Shown here one piece after another: positions 1 to 9,981 of a stretch of 64,000 nt of DNA (its first letter is position 1; every line of letters starts with the position of its first letter). The stretch spans positions 1 through 64,000 of IMG/VR virus record IMGVR_UViG_2595698755_000001; one strand, written 5' to 3'. The stretch comes from a virus. Its lineage: Duplodnaviria > Caudoviricetes. A model generated the notes under the pieces. The model was not told the DNA's origin. It saw only the letters and a program-made list of their open reading frames with translations, and did no database searches. The position numbers were made by a program, and so were the translations under genes.

Positions 1-469
1 GCTATAAGGATTTTGATGAAGTTCGTCAAGTGTTTTGGTGAAAAGTACCCCCATAAGATTAATTATGTGATACTTAGAAACATTTAGGTATGTCATGTAG
101 TTGGGCAGTTCATTTTCGTACTGTTTTTATATCGTTCCCCGAATACGAACATTTGCATGATTATTTTATATTAACGTTCGTCCCACATTTCCTATTCAAT
201 ATCCGTTTTTTGCGATTCCCTTTTTTGCATTCCCATGCGAACATATGCACGTAACATATCCTATAGTGAGCGCGGGAATTGCTGATACAACATTCATAAA
301 TTGCGATTTTCCCATATTCCCGAAATCCCCAAAAAGCCCACGAATATTTATATTTATATTCTACAATATCCAAATATCCTATTTATCCTAATTCCCAAAA
401 GTTCCCAACTATTTTCTATATCATACTTTTTAAATATCCTACATTTCTAATATTCTACATACCGTATAT

Positions 470-1400
470 TCATTATTCTTAATTTACATTTTATGTCTAT
501 TTGAACTTTACGATATTATGATTATGTATTGTTATTACATAATGTTATTAACTAACTTATCATAAGTGTATTACTCTTAATATATAATTATCATTAAGTA
601 AGTAACATACATTATGTTATATACTTATATATATTATATTACTTATTATATATATGTTATACATTATATATTATATACTTATGTTATTATATATACTTAC
701 TATATGTTAGTATACTATGTATAGTTAGTATGTTATGTATAGTAAGTTACTTACTATTAGTATATCACTTATCTATTATCATATACTTACTATTAGTATA
801 TTACTTATATTATATACATTACTATATCTTATACATTACATTACTTATAATAAGTAATATACATTATGTTATATACTATACAATATATAGTTACATATAT
901 TAGTTCTTATAATTACTTACTATAATCTACTTACTATTAGTAATTACTATACCTTAATGTTAGTACCTTATTATATTCTATATCCTATACTAATACCTAT
1001 TACTTACTATAATAAGTGTACTATAATTAAGTAATTATATTCGCTTATATAAGTAGCTTATATAACGGAATTAAATATAAAAAGTATATTCTAATTACTA
1101 AATGTAAGTTAATAATAAAAATGGAATATAAAAGCCTTTCTATATTCGATTACTAAAAGTAAGTTAATAATAAAAACTTATATGCTATATCCAATTATGA
1201 TAATTACTTTAAATAAGAAAACGTATATTCCACTTTTACAATATTCAATAATACCGTTTATTATATTCGCTATATACAATATAGATTATAATTGCTATAT
1301 GGAATATGTATTATACATCTAATTACTAAAAGTAAGTAACTATTAATTAAACTTTAATAATCCGAATCACATTATTATCAATATGTCAACTATTATTATT
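470..1400. repeat. Very AT-rich non-coding block with many TTACTTA/AAGTAAGT-type motifs
   Basis: No ORF; dozens of (T)ACTTA(C/T) units; near-identical direct repeats TATATTC..ATTACTAAA(T/A)GTAAGTTAATAATAAAAA at 1085-1121 and 1141-1176, partial copy at 1322-1337. Confidence 0.8.
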
Positions 1401-1770
1401 AAGGCTATATAAAAGGCTTATATAACGAACTCTGTCAGACGCTCCAGAATGGCTCATATGAGTAATTACACTACTAAGGTACTGTAGTATTAAAAACTTT
1501 ATTTGAGCGTTTTTCACTTTTTCGGTAAAAAAAGTCTTGACAAAAAATAAATTTGACAAACTAACTTTTTTATGATTTTTCTTTTTTGTGTGCTCTCAAT
1601 TATCCGAAAATCCAAATTTAATCATATTCGAAATATGGGATATATTATATTTAAAAAAATGAATATCCCGATATATCATTGCCCGAAAACGAACGTAATT
1701 CTACAGTAACTATAAAAAAGTAATTGGCTATACCCTATATATTAAAGAACAAAAAAAAGCTACTGTCATT

Positions 1771-3048
1771 TTAGACAGTAGCTTTAAATTTTTCCCTAGT
1801 CGCTTTTAGTGTTTCCATGTTTATTTGAATTTCGATATTGTAACCATTATGTGTATAACCTTCGATGTATGGAAGAATTTCTTTTGTGTCCTCTACTTCT
1901 ATCCATTCATCAATTTCTTCATATACGTTTACTTCATATGTCCCAGAGCCACCACACATCGGGCAACTAATTTCTACATGCTTATCTAATCTATCGGAAA
2001 ATACTTCATAATCTCCAGAGCCTTCACACATAGGACAGTCACAAGAAACATATTCATCAATCGTAATATCCACATTTACTTCATCGCACATTTCATATTC
2101 GTAACTTCCATTTGCTTTTTCCTTATGATTGATAATTTCCCCATATGAATTGTATTTATTGCTTAAATCAGTTGAATAAATATTCATTTCGTTTAATTCA
2201 TTTAATGCATATGCTAGTTCTGATTTTGTTGTATTATTTCCATAATATTCTAATGCAACTAGTAAAGGCTCATTGTCAATATTGATATATCTGAATAAAG
2301 TTCTTGCAAGCATTTTATCTTCAAAGTCTTCTAAGTCGTCCACACTTTCATGTAGCATACCTATGAATAACTTATCATCATGTAGCGCACCACCTAAATT
2401 TTTACAATATTCTTCATCATCATGTCGAACGTCTTGACAAGATGAGCCTTGAAAACCGTCCCATGTTCCCAACTTACAATAGTAACTCATACCTGCTATA
2501 AATTGCGGTGCACTCGTAACTGTCAAACATAGTTCTTTTTCTGTCTTAATTTGCATACTGTAAAAATCTAACAATTGTTGTGAAAATCCTGCTTTTCTCA
2601 TTGTTTTACCTAGTTTCATTCCACGTTCGCTATATTTCCCCGTTTTCCATTCTTCAAACGTAGGCTTTACAAATTGACATTTAGAGCAATGACAAGTATT
2701 GTCTTTTTTCTCTAATTCTTGGATAGTGTCATGCATAGTTTGCCAATTGATATCATCGTTGTAATATCTGTCTCTAACGCTTTGAATCTCCTTATTAATC
2801 GTTTTTTGTACGCAACCCGTTTCACGTTCGTATTGCTCAAGGAAACGCTTGTAATCGGCTTGACGTTGCACCTTTACAATATATGTGTACTCAAAGTTGT
2901 TTTCTGGTCTTTCATTGAAAGCGCTCCAAGCGTCGTATACGCTAGTTGTTGGGTTAATATCAAGAATTTCTTGACAAACCTGTAATTCATCCGTAATAGA
3001 GTTTTCCACAACTTTTGTACCATTTTGTAAAGTTTTGATAATATTCAT
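1771..3048 (-). CDS. Hypothetical protein with C-terminal DnaJ-type zinc-finger motifs
   Basis: ORF; start moved to MNIIK (GGGGA SD); CPMCEGSG and CPMCGGSG (CxxCxGxG x2); also CHCSKC. Confidence 0.75.
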   Translation of the reverse strand: MNIIKTLQNGTKVVENSITDELQVCQEILDINPTTSVYDAWSAFNERPENNFEYTYIVKVQRQADYKRFLEQYERETGCVQKTINKEIQSVRDRYYNDDINWQTMHDTIQELEKKDNTCHCSKCQFVKPTFEEWKTGKYSERGMKLGKTMRKAGFSQQLLDFYSMQIKTEKELCLTVTSAPQFIAGMSYYCKLGTWDGFQGSSCQDVRHDDEEYCKNLGGALHDDKLFIGMLHESVDDLEDFEDKMLARTLFRYINIDNEPLLVALEYYGNNTTKSELAYALNELNEMNIYSTDLSNKYNSYGEIINHKEKANGSYEYEMCDEVNVDITIDEYVSCDCPMCEGSGDYEVFSDRLDKHVEISCPMCGGSGTYEVNVYEEIDEWIEVEDTKEILPYIEGYTHNGYNIEIQINMETLKATREKFKATV

Positions 3049-3139
3049 TTTAATATTCCCCGTTTCGATTATATTTTTTTTATTTCCCCAAAATCTAAAT
3101 AGATTCAACAAATCGTTTTACCTCAATATACTATTATTT

Positions 3140-4063
3140 TTAATCCCAGAAATTTTTCGGGACGTATGAGCCGTCCTCCGTTTGTACGTAATTCGGATTA
3201 TTCCTGTTTATGTCAGTTCTTGCATTTTCTTCAAATGCTTCCCTATAGGCTTTATCATCTTCACTTTCAACTTTTTCCTGTTTTTGGATATCATCATGAG
3301 CGCCACTATTACCAAATGTTACCTTGACTTTATCCCCTTTTTTGTAATTGTCATTTTCAAGTACAGCTTTATCATTTCCATTTTCTACCTTTACAAGTTT
3401 ATCTTTTGTATTTTCAGAAACCGTATATTCTGTTACTTTTTGTGTTTTTTGTTCGGGTTTTACAATTTTGTTGTTCGGCTTGTTAGCTTGTAAATTATTG
3501 TTGACTTTTGGCTTATTTTGTGAAACTTGCTTTTTGTCATTTTTTGGTTTTTCTTGTTTAACCTCTTTTTTGACTGGTGTTTCTTGTACTTGCTTTACTA
3601 CATTAGAAACCTTTTGCACTGGTGGTGTAACTGGCTTTTCAGTTTCTTCTTTTGGTTGCTCAACTGGTGCGACTGGCTTTTCTTGTTCGGCTAGTGTGAC
3701 AGTTACAACAGTGTCATGATTGTATGTAACTGCAATTTTCAATCCTTCTTTTGGCTCAATTTTGTCAAAGTCTGTCTTTTCGATGAAAACGAAATCATTT
3801 TCGTAAAAAGTGTTTTTAGCTTCGACAACTTTATCCATAACACGAGTAATTGTAAAATATTGAGTAAAAATGTTATCTCTATCACTCGGAATAGTTGCAA
3901 TGTTAAATCCTTCATCTTTTGCCATTTTTTGAACTGGTGTATTAATTGTTTCGGCTTCGACTGCCTTATCATACTCTTTTGTTACCTCATTCACTGCATA
4001 ACCACTTGCAAAAATTGTACCTACAATCGCAACGTTTAACAAACCTTTGATAATTTTTTTCAT
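3140..4063 (-). CDS. Secreted or membrane-anchored protein with K/Q/P-rich linker
   Basis: MKKIIKG plus hydrophobic signal segment; low-complexity central region; AAGGGGA SD. Confidence 0.75.
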   Translation of the reverse strand: MKKIIKGLLNVAIVGTIFASGYAVNEVTKEYDKAVEAETINTPVQKMAKDEGFNIATIPSDRDNIFTQYFTITRVMDKVVEAKNTFYENDFVFIEKTDFDKIEPKEGLKIAVTYNHDTVVTVTLAEQEKPVAPVEQPKEETEKPVTPPVQKVSNVVKQVQETPVKKEVKQEKPKNDKKQVSQNKPKVNNNLQANKPNNKIVKPEQKTQKVTEYTVSENTKDKLVKVENGNDKAVLENDNYKKGDKVKVTFGNSGAHDDIQKQEKVESEDDKAYREAFEENARTDINRNNPNYVQTEDGSYVPKNFWD

Positions 4064-4409
4064 TTAGCATATCCCCTTTATTAATTGATTTTTTGAAACA
4101 ATTCCGCCTACGAACAATTGTTCTAAGGCAGAGTGAATAAAAAATCAATTTACATATATGAATGTATAAACAGTGCACAATTTATTCCATATTTATTATT
4201 TATGATAAAGCATTTTTCTTCTTTTTCAGTGGATAAATCGAAGTATTTTTCTATTCCAGTAATTACCATGTTATCCACAACCAAACCAACATATTGAGTT
4301 AGTTTCATGTTTTCAATCCCCTTTATTTAAAAGTGTACAATCATGTAAGAAATTAAGTATAAAGCAAGGTAACCAAATGCAAGAATCATGCCAACTTTTA
4401 AAATCCCTC

Positions 4410-4616
4410 TTAGTTGCATATTGTGACAGTACCTCTCTTTTTACAGCATACCAAACGGAAATCTTTTCCATTATGTTCGCCTTTCCATGTATAGGTAGTT
4501 TCCGTTTCAACATCTTCATACCATCCGATAATTTCCTGCTCAACTACTGAAAACAGTCTATCAACTTCTTTTTGTAATCTATTACGACAAGCCTTCTCAC
4601 CTAGTAATTTAGCCAT
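4410..4616 (-). CDS. Hypothetical protein
   Basis: ORF with AAGGGG SD in leftward operon. Confidence 0.6.
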   Translation of the reverse strand: MAKLLGEKACRNRLQKEVDRLFSVVEQEIIGWYEDVETETTYTWKGEHNGKDFRLVCCKKRGTVTICN

Positions 4617-4631
4617 GTTATTCAATCCCCT

Positions 4632-4748
4632 TTATTTTTGAATTTTTAAGTTTAGTTCATCTGCTAACTGACAAACCGAATTTATTTTTCTGATATAAAT
4701 TTCTTGCTTAGTTTCTTTACCGAACAAGCGTTTGATAAATTTTATCAT
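4632..4748 (-). CDS. Small hypothetical protein (38 aa)
   Basis: Read by eye (MINLSNACSVKK...); GGAGGG SD; fills the gap in the operon. Confidence 0.45.
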   Translation of the reverse strand: MIKFIKRLFGKETKQEIYIRKINSVCQLADELNLKIQK

Positions 4749-4752
4749 TGCT

Positions 4753-5307
4753 TTATCCCTCCAATTGTTGTTTTTTCCAATTTTTGAAAGTATGATGATG
4801 TCCTACATAGTGTCCTTGTGTACTATAGTTAAAAGTAAAACGAACTTCTCTTTCTTCTAAGTTGGAAAGTTCTTTCATTTTAATGTAAGCAATTCCCCGA
4901 CAATCATTTTCGCTTAATCCTTGAACTGTCATTGTTTTTACTGGTGTATCTTCCCATCTTTTACCATCTTCATAAAGTTGAAAGTTGACAGTGATTGAAT
5001 GTTCTAACATGTATTTAAGTTCTTGCAAACATTCCATTAAATACCACTTTTGCTCCTTCAATTCCCTTGCCATGTCATAACCCCAGTAACCACTTTCAAG
5101 CCTGTCATTAATCCATTTTACCACCTTTTCCATACCGTCAATTATTTCGGCTCTAACGTCTTGTAATTCGTTGTCTGCATGTGGTACTGAAAGTAGGCTC
5201 ATTTTGTGGCTTGCTAGTTCGTCAATGATGTTTTCTAAGTCTGATAATTCGTTAACCGCCTTTAGTTCGTTCACAACGTCAATATCTAAATGTTTGTAAT
5301 TTGTCAT
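4753..5307 (-). CDS. Hypothetical protein
   Basis: ORF; start MTNYK after GGAGG SD. Confidence 0.7.
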   Translation of the reverse strand: MTNYKHLDIDVVNELKAVNELSDLENIIDELASHKMSLLSVPHADNELQDVRAEIIDGMEKVVKWINDRLESGYWGYDMARELKEQKWYLMECLQELKYMLEHSITVNFQLYEDGKRWEDTPVKTMTVQGLSENDCRGIAYIKMKELSNLEEREVRFTFNYSTQGHYVGHHHTFKNWKKQQLEG

Positions 5308-5308
5308 T

Positions 5309-5545
5309 TTAAAGTACCTCCAATTTGATTTTTGTATTTCCATCTAAAAACTGGTTAATTTCTCCAGTTTCTTGCAATATCATTGCATTCCCTTCATGGA
5401 TGAAAACTTTTCCTTCTATTGTAACAAAACCTGCTGTTTCTACCCACTCGGAATAGTCACCACGATTTACCAATTCTTCCCAGTTGCCCCAGTAAGAAAT
5501 TTTTACGTTTTGACCTTCATAATTTTTAATAATTTCAGCTTTCAT
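5309..5545 (-). CDS. Hypothetical protein
   Basis: ORF with AAGGAGG SD. Confidence 0.7.
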   Translation of the reverse strand: MKAEIIKNYEGQNVKISYWGNWEELVNRGDYSEWVETAGFVTIEGKVFIHEGNAMILQETGEINQFLDGNTKIKLEVL

Positions 5546-5619
5546 GTTATAACCTCCTTATTATGTAGTTAACACTCTTTAGAATGTTAACTATGATAAT
5601 AAAGAGGGGACGGGGACAT

Positions 5620-5742
5620 TTAAACCTCATATTTTTTCGTTCGACTCACAAAGTTATAAGAGCGTTTCACAACGGGCTTATAACTGGGCTTTTCGGCTAG
5701 TTTCACAACTGGCTTACTTTCCGTTTCGTATCCGTCCATCAT
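5620..5742 (-). CDS. Small hypothetical protein with internal KPVVK repeat
   Basis: MMDGYETESKPVVKLAEKPSYKPVVKRSYN...; the GGGGA SD lies further upstream, before an in-frame ATC at 5772. Confidence 0.35.
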   Translation of the reverse strand: MMDGYETESKPVVKLAEKPSYKPVVKRSYNFVSRTKKYEV

Positions 5743-5789
5743 TGCAAGTATCCACTCGCTAGGATATGAGATAAGTTCCCCTTATTTGA

Positions 5790-5802
5790 TTTTCAAAGAG
5801 CA
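5790..5802 (-). promoter_or_regulatory. boxA-like antitermination element
   Basis: Minus strand reads TGCTCTTTGAAAA, similar to the rrn-type boxA, in the leader of the leftward operon. Confidence 0.45.
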
Positions 5803-5947
5803 GGTAAACCATTATTTTTTGCGTTTGCCTTATGTTATATTATATTCGCCACTTCTAGAAAGTTTCCTTCTTTTTTGAAAAAATTTATTTATTTTTTCTC
5901 ATCGAACAGTTGTTCGAAAAGGCTTGCTTCCCTTAGTGCCTGTAATA

Positions 5948-5981
5948 ACAATATCATAAAGCATTTTCTTTTGTCAAGCGA
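5948..5981 (-). promoter_or_regulatory. Leftward sigmaA promoter, class I
   Basis: Minus strand TCGCTTGACAAAAGA...TGA-TATTGT, 18-bp spacer. Confidence 0.55.
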
Positions 5982-6119
5982 ACGAATGAAAAACTTTTAT
6001 CGAACATTCGTTCTTGTTTTTGTGTTCCCTTTCGATGTCTTAATAATAGCAAAAGAATATTACAGAACAATAACAGAAATATTACAGTTATGTTACAAAA
6101 CAAAAGAATTAGTTTCTTC

Positions 6120-7190
6120 TATATAAAGGATAAAAAATTGATTCGGGTTAAAATGCATTATATAGAAGAAACTCGAAAATAACGCTCAAACGCTCCAGAA
6201 TCGTTTCTAAGCGCTTTTATGTCTTTTGGGTAATTAGATTACCAGAATCAAATTAAAGCCCGTACAGAGGATATTGTATTTTTACGATGTTTGTATAAAA
6301 CATGTAAATATCGTATATTCATACAGGTTTATGCAGTGAGAATATAGTAAGAATCCCTTTATATCAACGTTTTGTATACCTATCATGGTATAACTGATTA
6401 TACATTTCACTGTATATTTTGCATGATTTATGCAGTATTATACATAGTTTTTGCATAAATGAGCAGAGAATCTAGAATCATGAATATAGTTCATTGTCAA
6501 TACTTAATTTTAATAAGTTTTAATAGTAACTTATGATTCTATATCAACTTACTATTATGTAGTGACTTACTTAAAATATGTATACTTACTATTTGTTATC
6601 AACTTACTATAAATGATATTACTTACTATTTTACATTGTACTTATTTATTGTTGGTAACTTCTATTTTATTGTAAACTTACTAATTGTATTCTTACTTAC
6701 TTTTGTATATCCCCTAACATTTTATTATTGTACTTACTTTATTTAATTATCTGTATCGTAATATTCAAATATGAGACAATTCGGGCTTCCTGTTTTGATG
6801 CTTGTCCGTTCGGGGTGACCCTGTAAAAAAAGTTCTGGGAAAAATCATAATTTTTTCTGGGAAAAATCCCCTATATATACTTACGCAAATTCGTAAATAT
6901 TGCTGAACGATGTGTTAGGCGCACACGCACATACACGCACACATGTATATATTCGCCCACGCACGTAAATTTCCCACGCACATGCACGTGCACACCCATG
7001 AAAAAGCCCCAGACATTTTATGTGAATCGTGCAGGAAAAACGCCTACATGTATACTTACGGGCGCACACAAATATTGCTCCAATATAGTCGCTAGCGATA
7101 CTATAACATCTTTAAAGGTGTCACTTAACGATTATTATATATATAGGAAGAAACACAACTTTTTAAATAAAAGTAAAAAATAATGAATAA
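6120..7190. repeat. Non-coding block at the divergence point with several repeat types
   Basis: TATGCA/TGTATA repeats 6290-6460; ACTTAC field 6520-6750; TTCTGGGAAAAATC direct repeat 6833-6846 and 6855-6868; CGCAC/alternating purine-pyrimidine tract 6918-7070. Confidence 0.7.
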
Positions 7191-7191
7191 A

Positions 7192-7224
7192 TCTCTTGTC
7201 AAGAGACTATACTTAGTGTATACT
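7192..7224 (+). promoter_or_regulatory. First rightward sigmaA promoter, class I, with perfect palindrome
   Basis: TCTCTTG-T-CAAGAGA containing TTGTCA, 17 bp, TATACT. Confidence 0.75.
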
Positions 7225-7271
7225 TAGTATCAACAAGGAACAACAAAACAAAATGAAATGGAGTGTTGTAT

Positions 7272-7601
7272 ATGAGAAATGTAGATGTATTATTTGGATT
7301 CGTTAGTGGTCTAGTTCGTCCTAAAACTAAAACTTTAAGAATTGAAGGTGGTAAGTTATATAATTATAACACAGTCATTGCAGAACGTACATTCGTAACA
7401 ACAGATGGAACAGAACTATGGAATTACAACAGTTCAATATATAATGATGATGTCGTTGAAGGTGAATATCGTTTTGTTGTAAATGTATCTAAATATAGCA
7501 CATCGACAACAACAATACAAAACCAATTATTAAAGATGTTAGATGGAAGACAATTGAAATGCGTTGCAGATATGCCTGTAGGAACACAAACATTACAATA
7601 G
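7272..7601 (+). CDS. Hypothetical protein
   Basis: ORF after GGAG SD, directly downstream of a promoter. Confidence 0.7.
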   Translation: MRNVDVLFGFVSGLVRPKTKTLRIEGGKLYNYNTVIAERTFVTTDGTELWNYNSSIYNDDVVEGEYRFVVNVSKYSTSTTTIQNQLLKMLDGRQLKCVADMPVGTQTLQ

Positions 7602-7630
7602 ACAAATATAAAACAAAGGGAGAGATGTGT

Positions 7631-7987
7631 ATGGCAAATTATCAAATGAGAATTGGAATCGTTATGGTGTTGCAGGATACAATTATGAAATGGAACAATG
7701 GAGATTCAGAACCATTAACTCAAGCGTTGATTAACATAAATAATACAGAAGGTTATGGTGCACGATATTTAGTAGAAGAAAGAGAAATTGATGGCATAGT
7801 ATATGATATTGATGATGTAGTGTTTGAGATACTTGAAGATGGAGCACCCTTGTTTTCAGTGTATCGAGATAAGAGAGATAACATGATGGTGCTAGAAGTA
7901 TATCCAGTAGACCTATTGACACGAAACGAACTAAAAGTTGATTATGACCTAAAAATGCAAATGATAGAAGAATCATTAGTATGTTGA
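7631..7987 (+). CDS. Hypothetical protein
   Basis: Start MANYQ after AAGGGAG SD. Confidence 0.7.
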   Translation: MANYQMRIGIVMVLQDTIMKWNNGDSEPLTQALININNTEGYGARYLVEEREIDGIVYDIDDVVFEILEDGAPLFSVYRDKRDNMMVLEVYPVDLLTRNELKVDYDLKMQMIEESLVC

Positions 7988-8010
7988 GAGTGTGAAAGCA
8001 CTCTCTTTAG
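7986..8010 (+). terminator. Intrinsic terminator-like hairpin
   Basis: GAGAGTG-TGAAAG-CACTCTC-TTT. Confidence 0.6.
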
Positions 8011-8124
8011 TCATATTGCCCGAAAACTGCTTCAAATCCACAATAAAAAATGCTGTTTCCGTCTATTAAGGGGATTTTCTGCATATTCGTCCTGTTGGCT
8101 CAAAATCATTGAAACTCAGAATAA

Positions 8125-8179
8125 CGTTAATAAAGGCTATTTTAAGACCCCTATTTTCTTGATAAAATGATGATTTTAT
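8125..8179. repeat. Extended junction element (arm plus ATAAAA-N6-TTTTAT core)
   Basis: TTAATAAAGG at 8127; core ATAAAA-TGATGA-TTTTAT at 8162-8179. Confidence 0.7.
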
Positions 8180-8362
8180 TCAGCTAGTCCTATTGTTCCA
8201 AATCGAACTAAAACCTCACTATAAAGCTATTAAACACCTCAAACCACCGCATTCTATCACATTGGCTCAAAACGAACAAAATTCTACACAAGCGTAAAAA
8301 ATAATTCACACATGCCCGTACTGTTACATATGATACGATATAACGAAAAGGGAGATGATTAT

Positions 8363-8569
8363 ATGAAATCAAAAGAATATAGATTGGCTCAAATGCAATT
8401 AAGAAATATAGTGAACATTGGAATTGAAAATGGTATACCCCTAACAGATATCAGACTGTTGGCAATGGCTACTATTGATGCATCACAATTATTTATGGAT
8501 GATAAAGAGATTTCAGAATTAAGAATAGATTTATATAATAGGCTCAAATCGGTTGCAATTTATAGTTGA
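8363..8569 (+). CDS. Hypothetical protein
   Basis: Start MKSKE after AAGGGAG SD. Confidence 0.65.
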   Translation: MKSKEYRLAQMQLRNIVNIGIENGIPLTDIRLLAMATIDASQLFMDDKEISELRIDLYNRLKSVAIYS

Positions 8570-8631
8570 CAAGCATAAAATATAATGGTATACTCGGTAC
8601 AACATAAACAAATAATAAAGGGGAGATGTTT

Positions 8632-9300
8632 ATGAATACAATAGCTATTAATGATATGGAGCATATCCGAAATATGGTCGAAATCGGTGACAATGCTTAT
8701 GGTCAAGGTTTAAAAACATTCGATAGACTGGGACATGGATTTTATGGAACTGTTTATGGATACAAAGACTATGCCATTAAATATTTTAGATATGGCATGG
8801 ATTCATTCAGTAAAGATATTGAGATGTTAGTACGATTACAACATATAAAGCATGTACCCCGATTGTATGAAGTGATTGATAACAAGGCAATTGTAATGAG
8901 TAGAGTCAGAGGATATACAATAAACAGATACATGCAACATGTAGAATCGAAAAGGATTGATAATTTTGTCAGCCCCCGATTTAACATAGAATATAGGAAA
9001 GCATTGCAAGACATCATGAGAGCAGGTATTCATCCTGCTGACTTACATAACGAAAATGTAATGATTGAAGAGTCAACGGGATTACCCGTAATAGTAGATT
9101 TAGGTGAATTTAGAGATGAGAGTTTCAGTGAATTATCAATTGAGAATCTAAACTATATCGGTCATACAGATACATATGATGAGGTTATTGTACCAATGGA
9201 GAAATACATAAATGATACATACATACAAGAAGCAAATCAATACAAGGAAATGTTAATGGAAAGAATTGACTTAATGGGTGGCATAGCGAATATTTATTAA
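8632..9300 (+). CDS. Ser/Thr protein kinase-like protein
   Basis: Gly loop LGHGFYGTVY, YAIK lysine, catalytic loop ADLHNENV, DLG motif. Confidence 0.85.
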   Translation: MNTIAINDMEHIRNMVEIGDNAYGQGLKTFDRLGHGFYGTVYGYKDYAIKYFRYGMDSFSKDIEMLVRLQHIKHVPRLYEVIDNKAIVMSRVRGYTINRYMQHVESKRIDNFVSPRFNIEYRKALQDIMRAGIHPADLHNENVMIEESTGLPVIVDLGEFRDESFSELSIENLNYIGHTDTYDEVIVPMEKYINDTYIQEANQYKEMLMERIDLMGGIANIY

Positions 9301-9508
9301 AATATTCGCTTGACAAAAGAAATTAGGTATGATATACTTGAGTTAATCAAATAGGAGGTGATGCCTATATACATGATAACATACATACTGCATGGTATCC
9401 GTCATTCTAAATGTATTATATGTAGCAACATAGATACAGCAGTCGAGTCAATAGATGGTACTGCTACAATAGTAGAGATATATAAATCATATTAAGGGAG
9501 AGATGTTC

Positions 9509-9904
9509 ATGGCTACTAAAACTAAATCGAGAAATCGTTATTACAATCCAAATCCATTAAAGAAAGAAACTGGTGATTGTGTAATACGTGCAATGTGTAA
9601 AGCAACTGGTAGAGAATGGGATGATGTATATATAGAATTGTATAGAATAGGATTTGAATTAAAGGTAATGCCTAACGCTGATGAAGCGTGGAAACAATTC
9701 TTAATTAGCAATGGTTTCACTTATCATAAGTTAACTATCAAACGTGGCTCAAAACGCCCTAAAGTCTCTGAATTTGCACAACAAAACAAAACAGGTACAT
9801 TTGTATTGAGAGTAGCTAATCACCTTGTAACATGCGAGGATGGATATTATTATGACTTATGGGATAGTGGCACATGCTCATTATATGGATATTGGAGCAA
9901 ATAG
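9509..9904 (+). CDS. Conserved phage protein, possible Cys-His-Asp (papain-like) hydrolase
   Basis: GDCVIRA ... NHLV ... DGYYYDLWDS pattern. Confidence 0.6.
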   Translation: MATKTKSRNRYYNPNPLKKETGDCVIRAMCKATGREWDDVYIELYRIGFELKVMPNADEAWKQFLISNGFTYHKLTIKRGSKRPKVSEFAQQNKTGTFVLRVANHLVTCEDGYYYDLWDSGTCSLYGYWSK

Positions 9905-9981
9905 TGGTTCTAACACATTATGTGTTTTCATATAGATAGCAGTAAGCATAAAAAATAACCATAAAAAAGGGGATTGACAAC

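Noticed and set aside
2719-4039. Plus-strand ORFs overlapping the leftward genes
   Set aside because: Antisense shadows of longer ORFs that have an SD; no RBS and implausible composition.
4228-4279. DnaA-box matches (TTATCCACA at 4271; a one-mismatch inverted copy at 4228)
   Set aside because: Only two copies, inside a probable small ORF; insufficient to call an origin.
5820-5870. dif-like site (ACTTCTAGAA near TTATGT)
   Set aside because: Half-sites are not in the dif order or spacing.
6881-7183. ORFs 6881-7069(-) and 6998-7183(+)
   Set aside because: They arise from the CGCAC repeat tract and have no SD.
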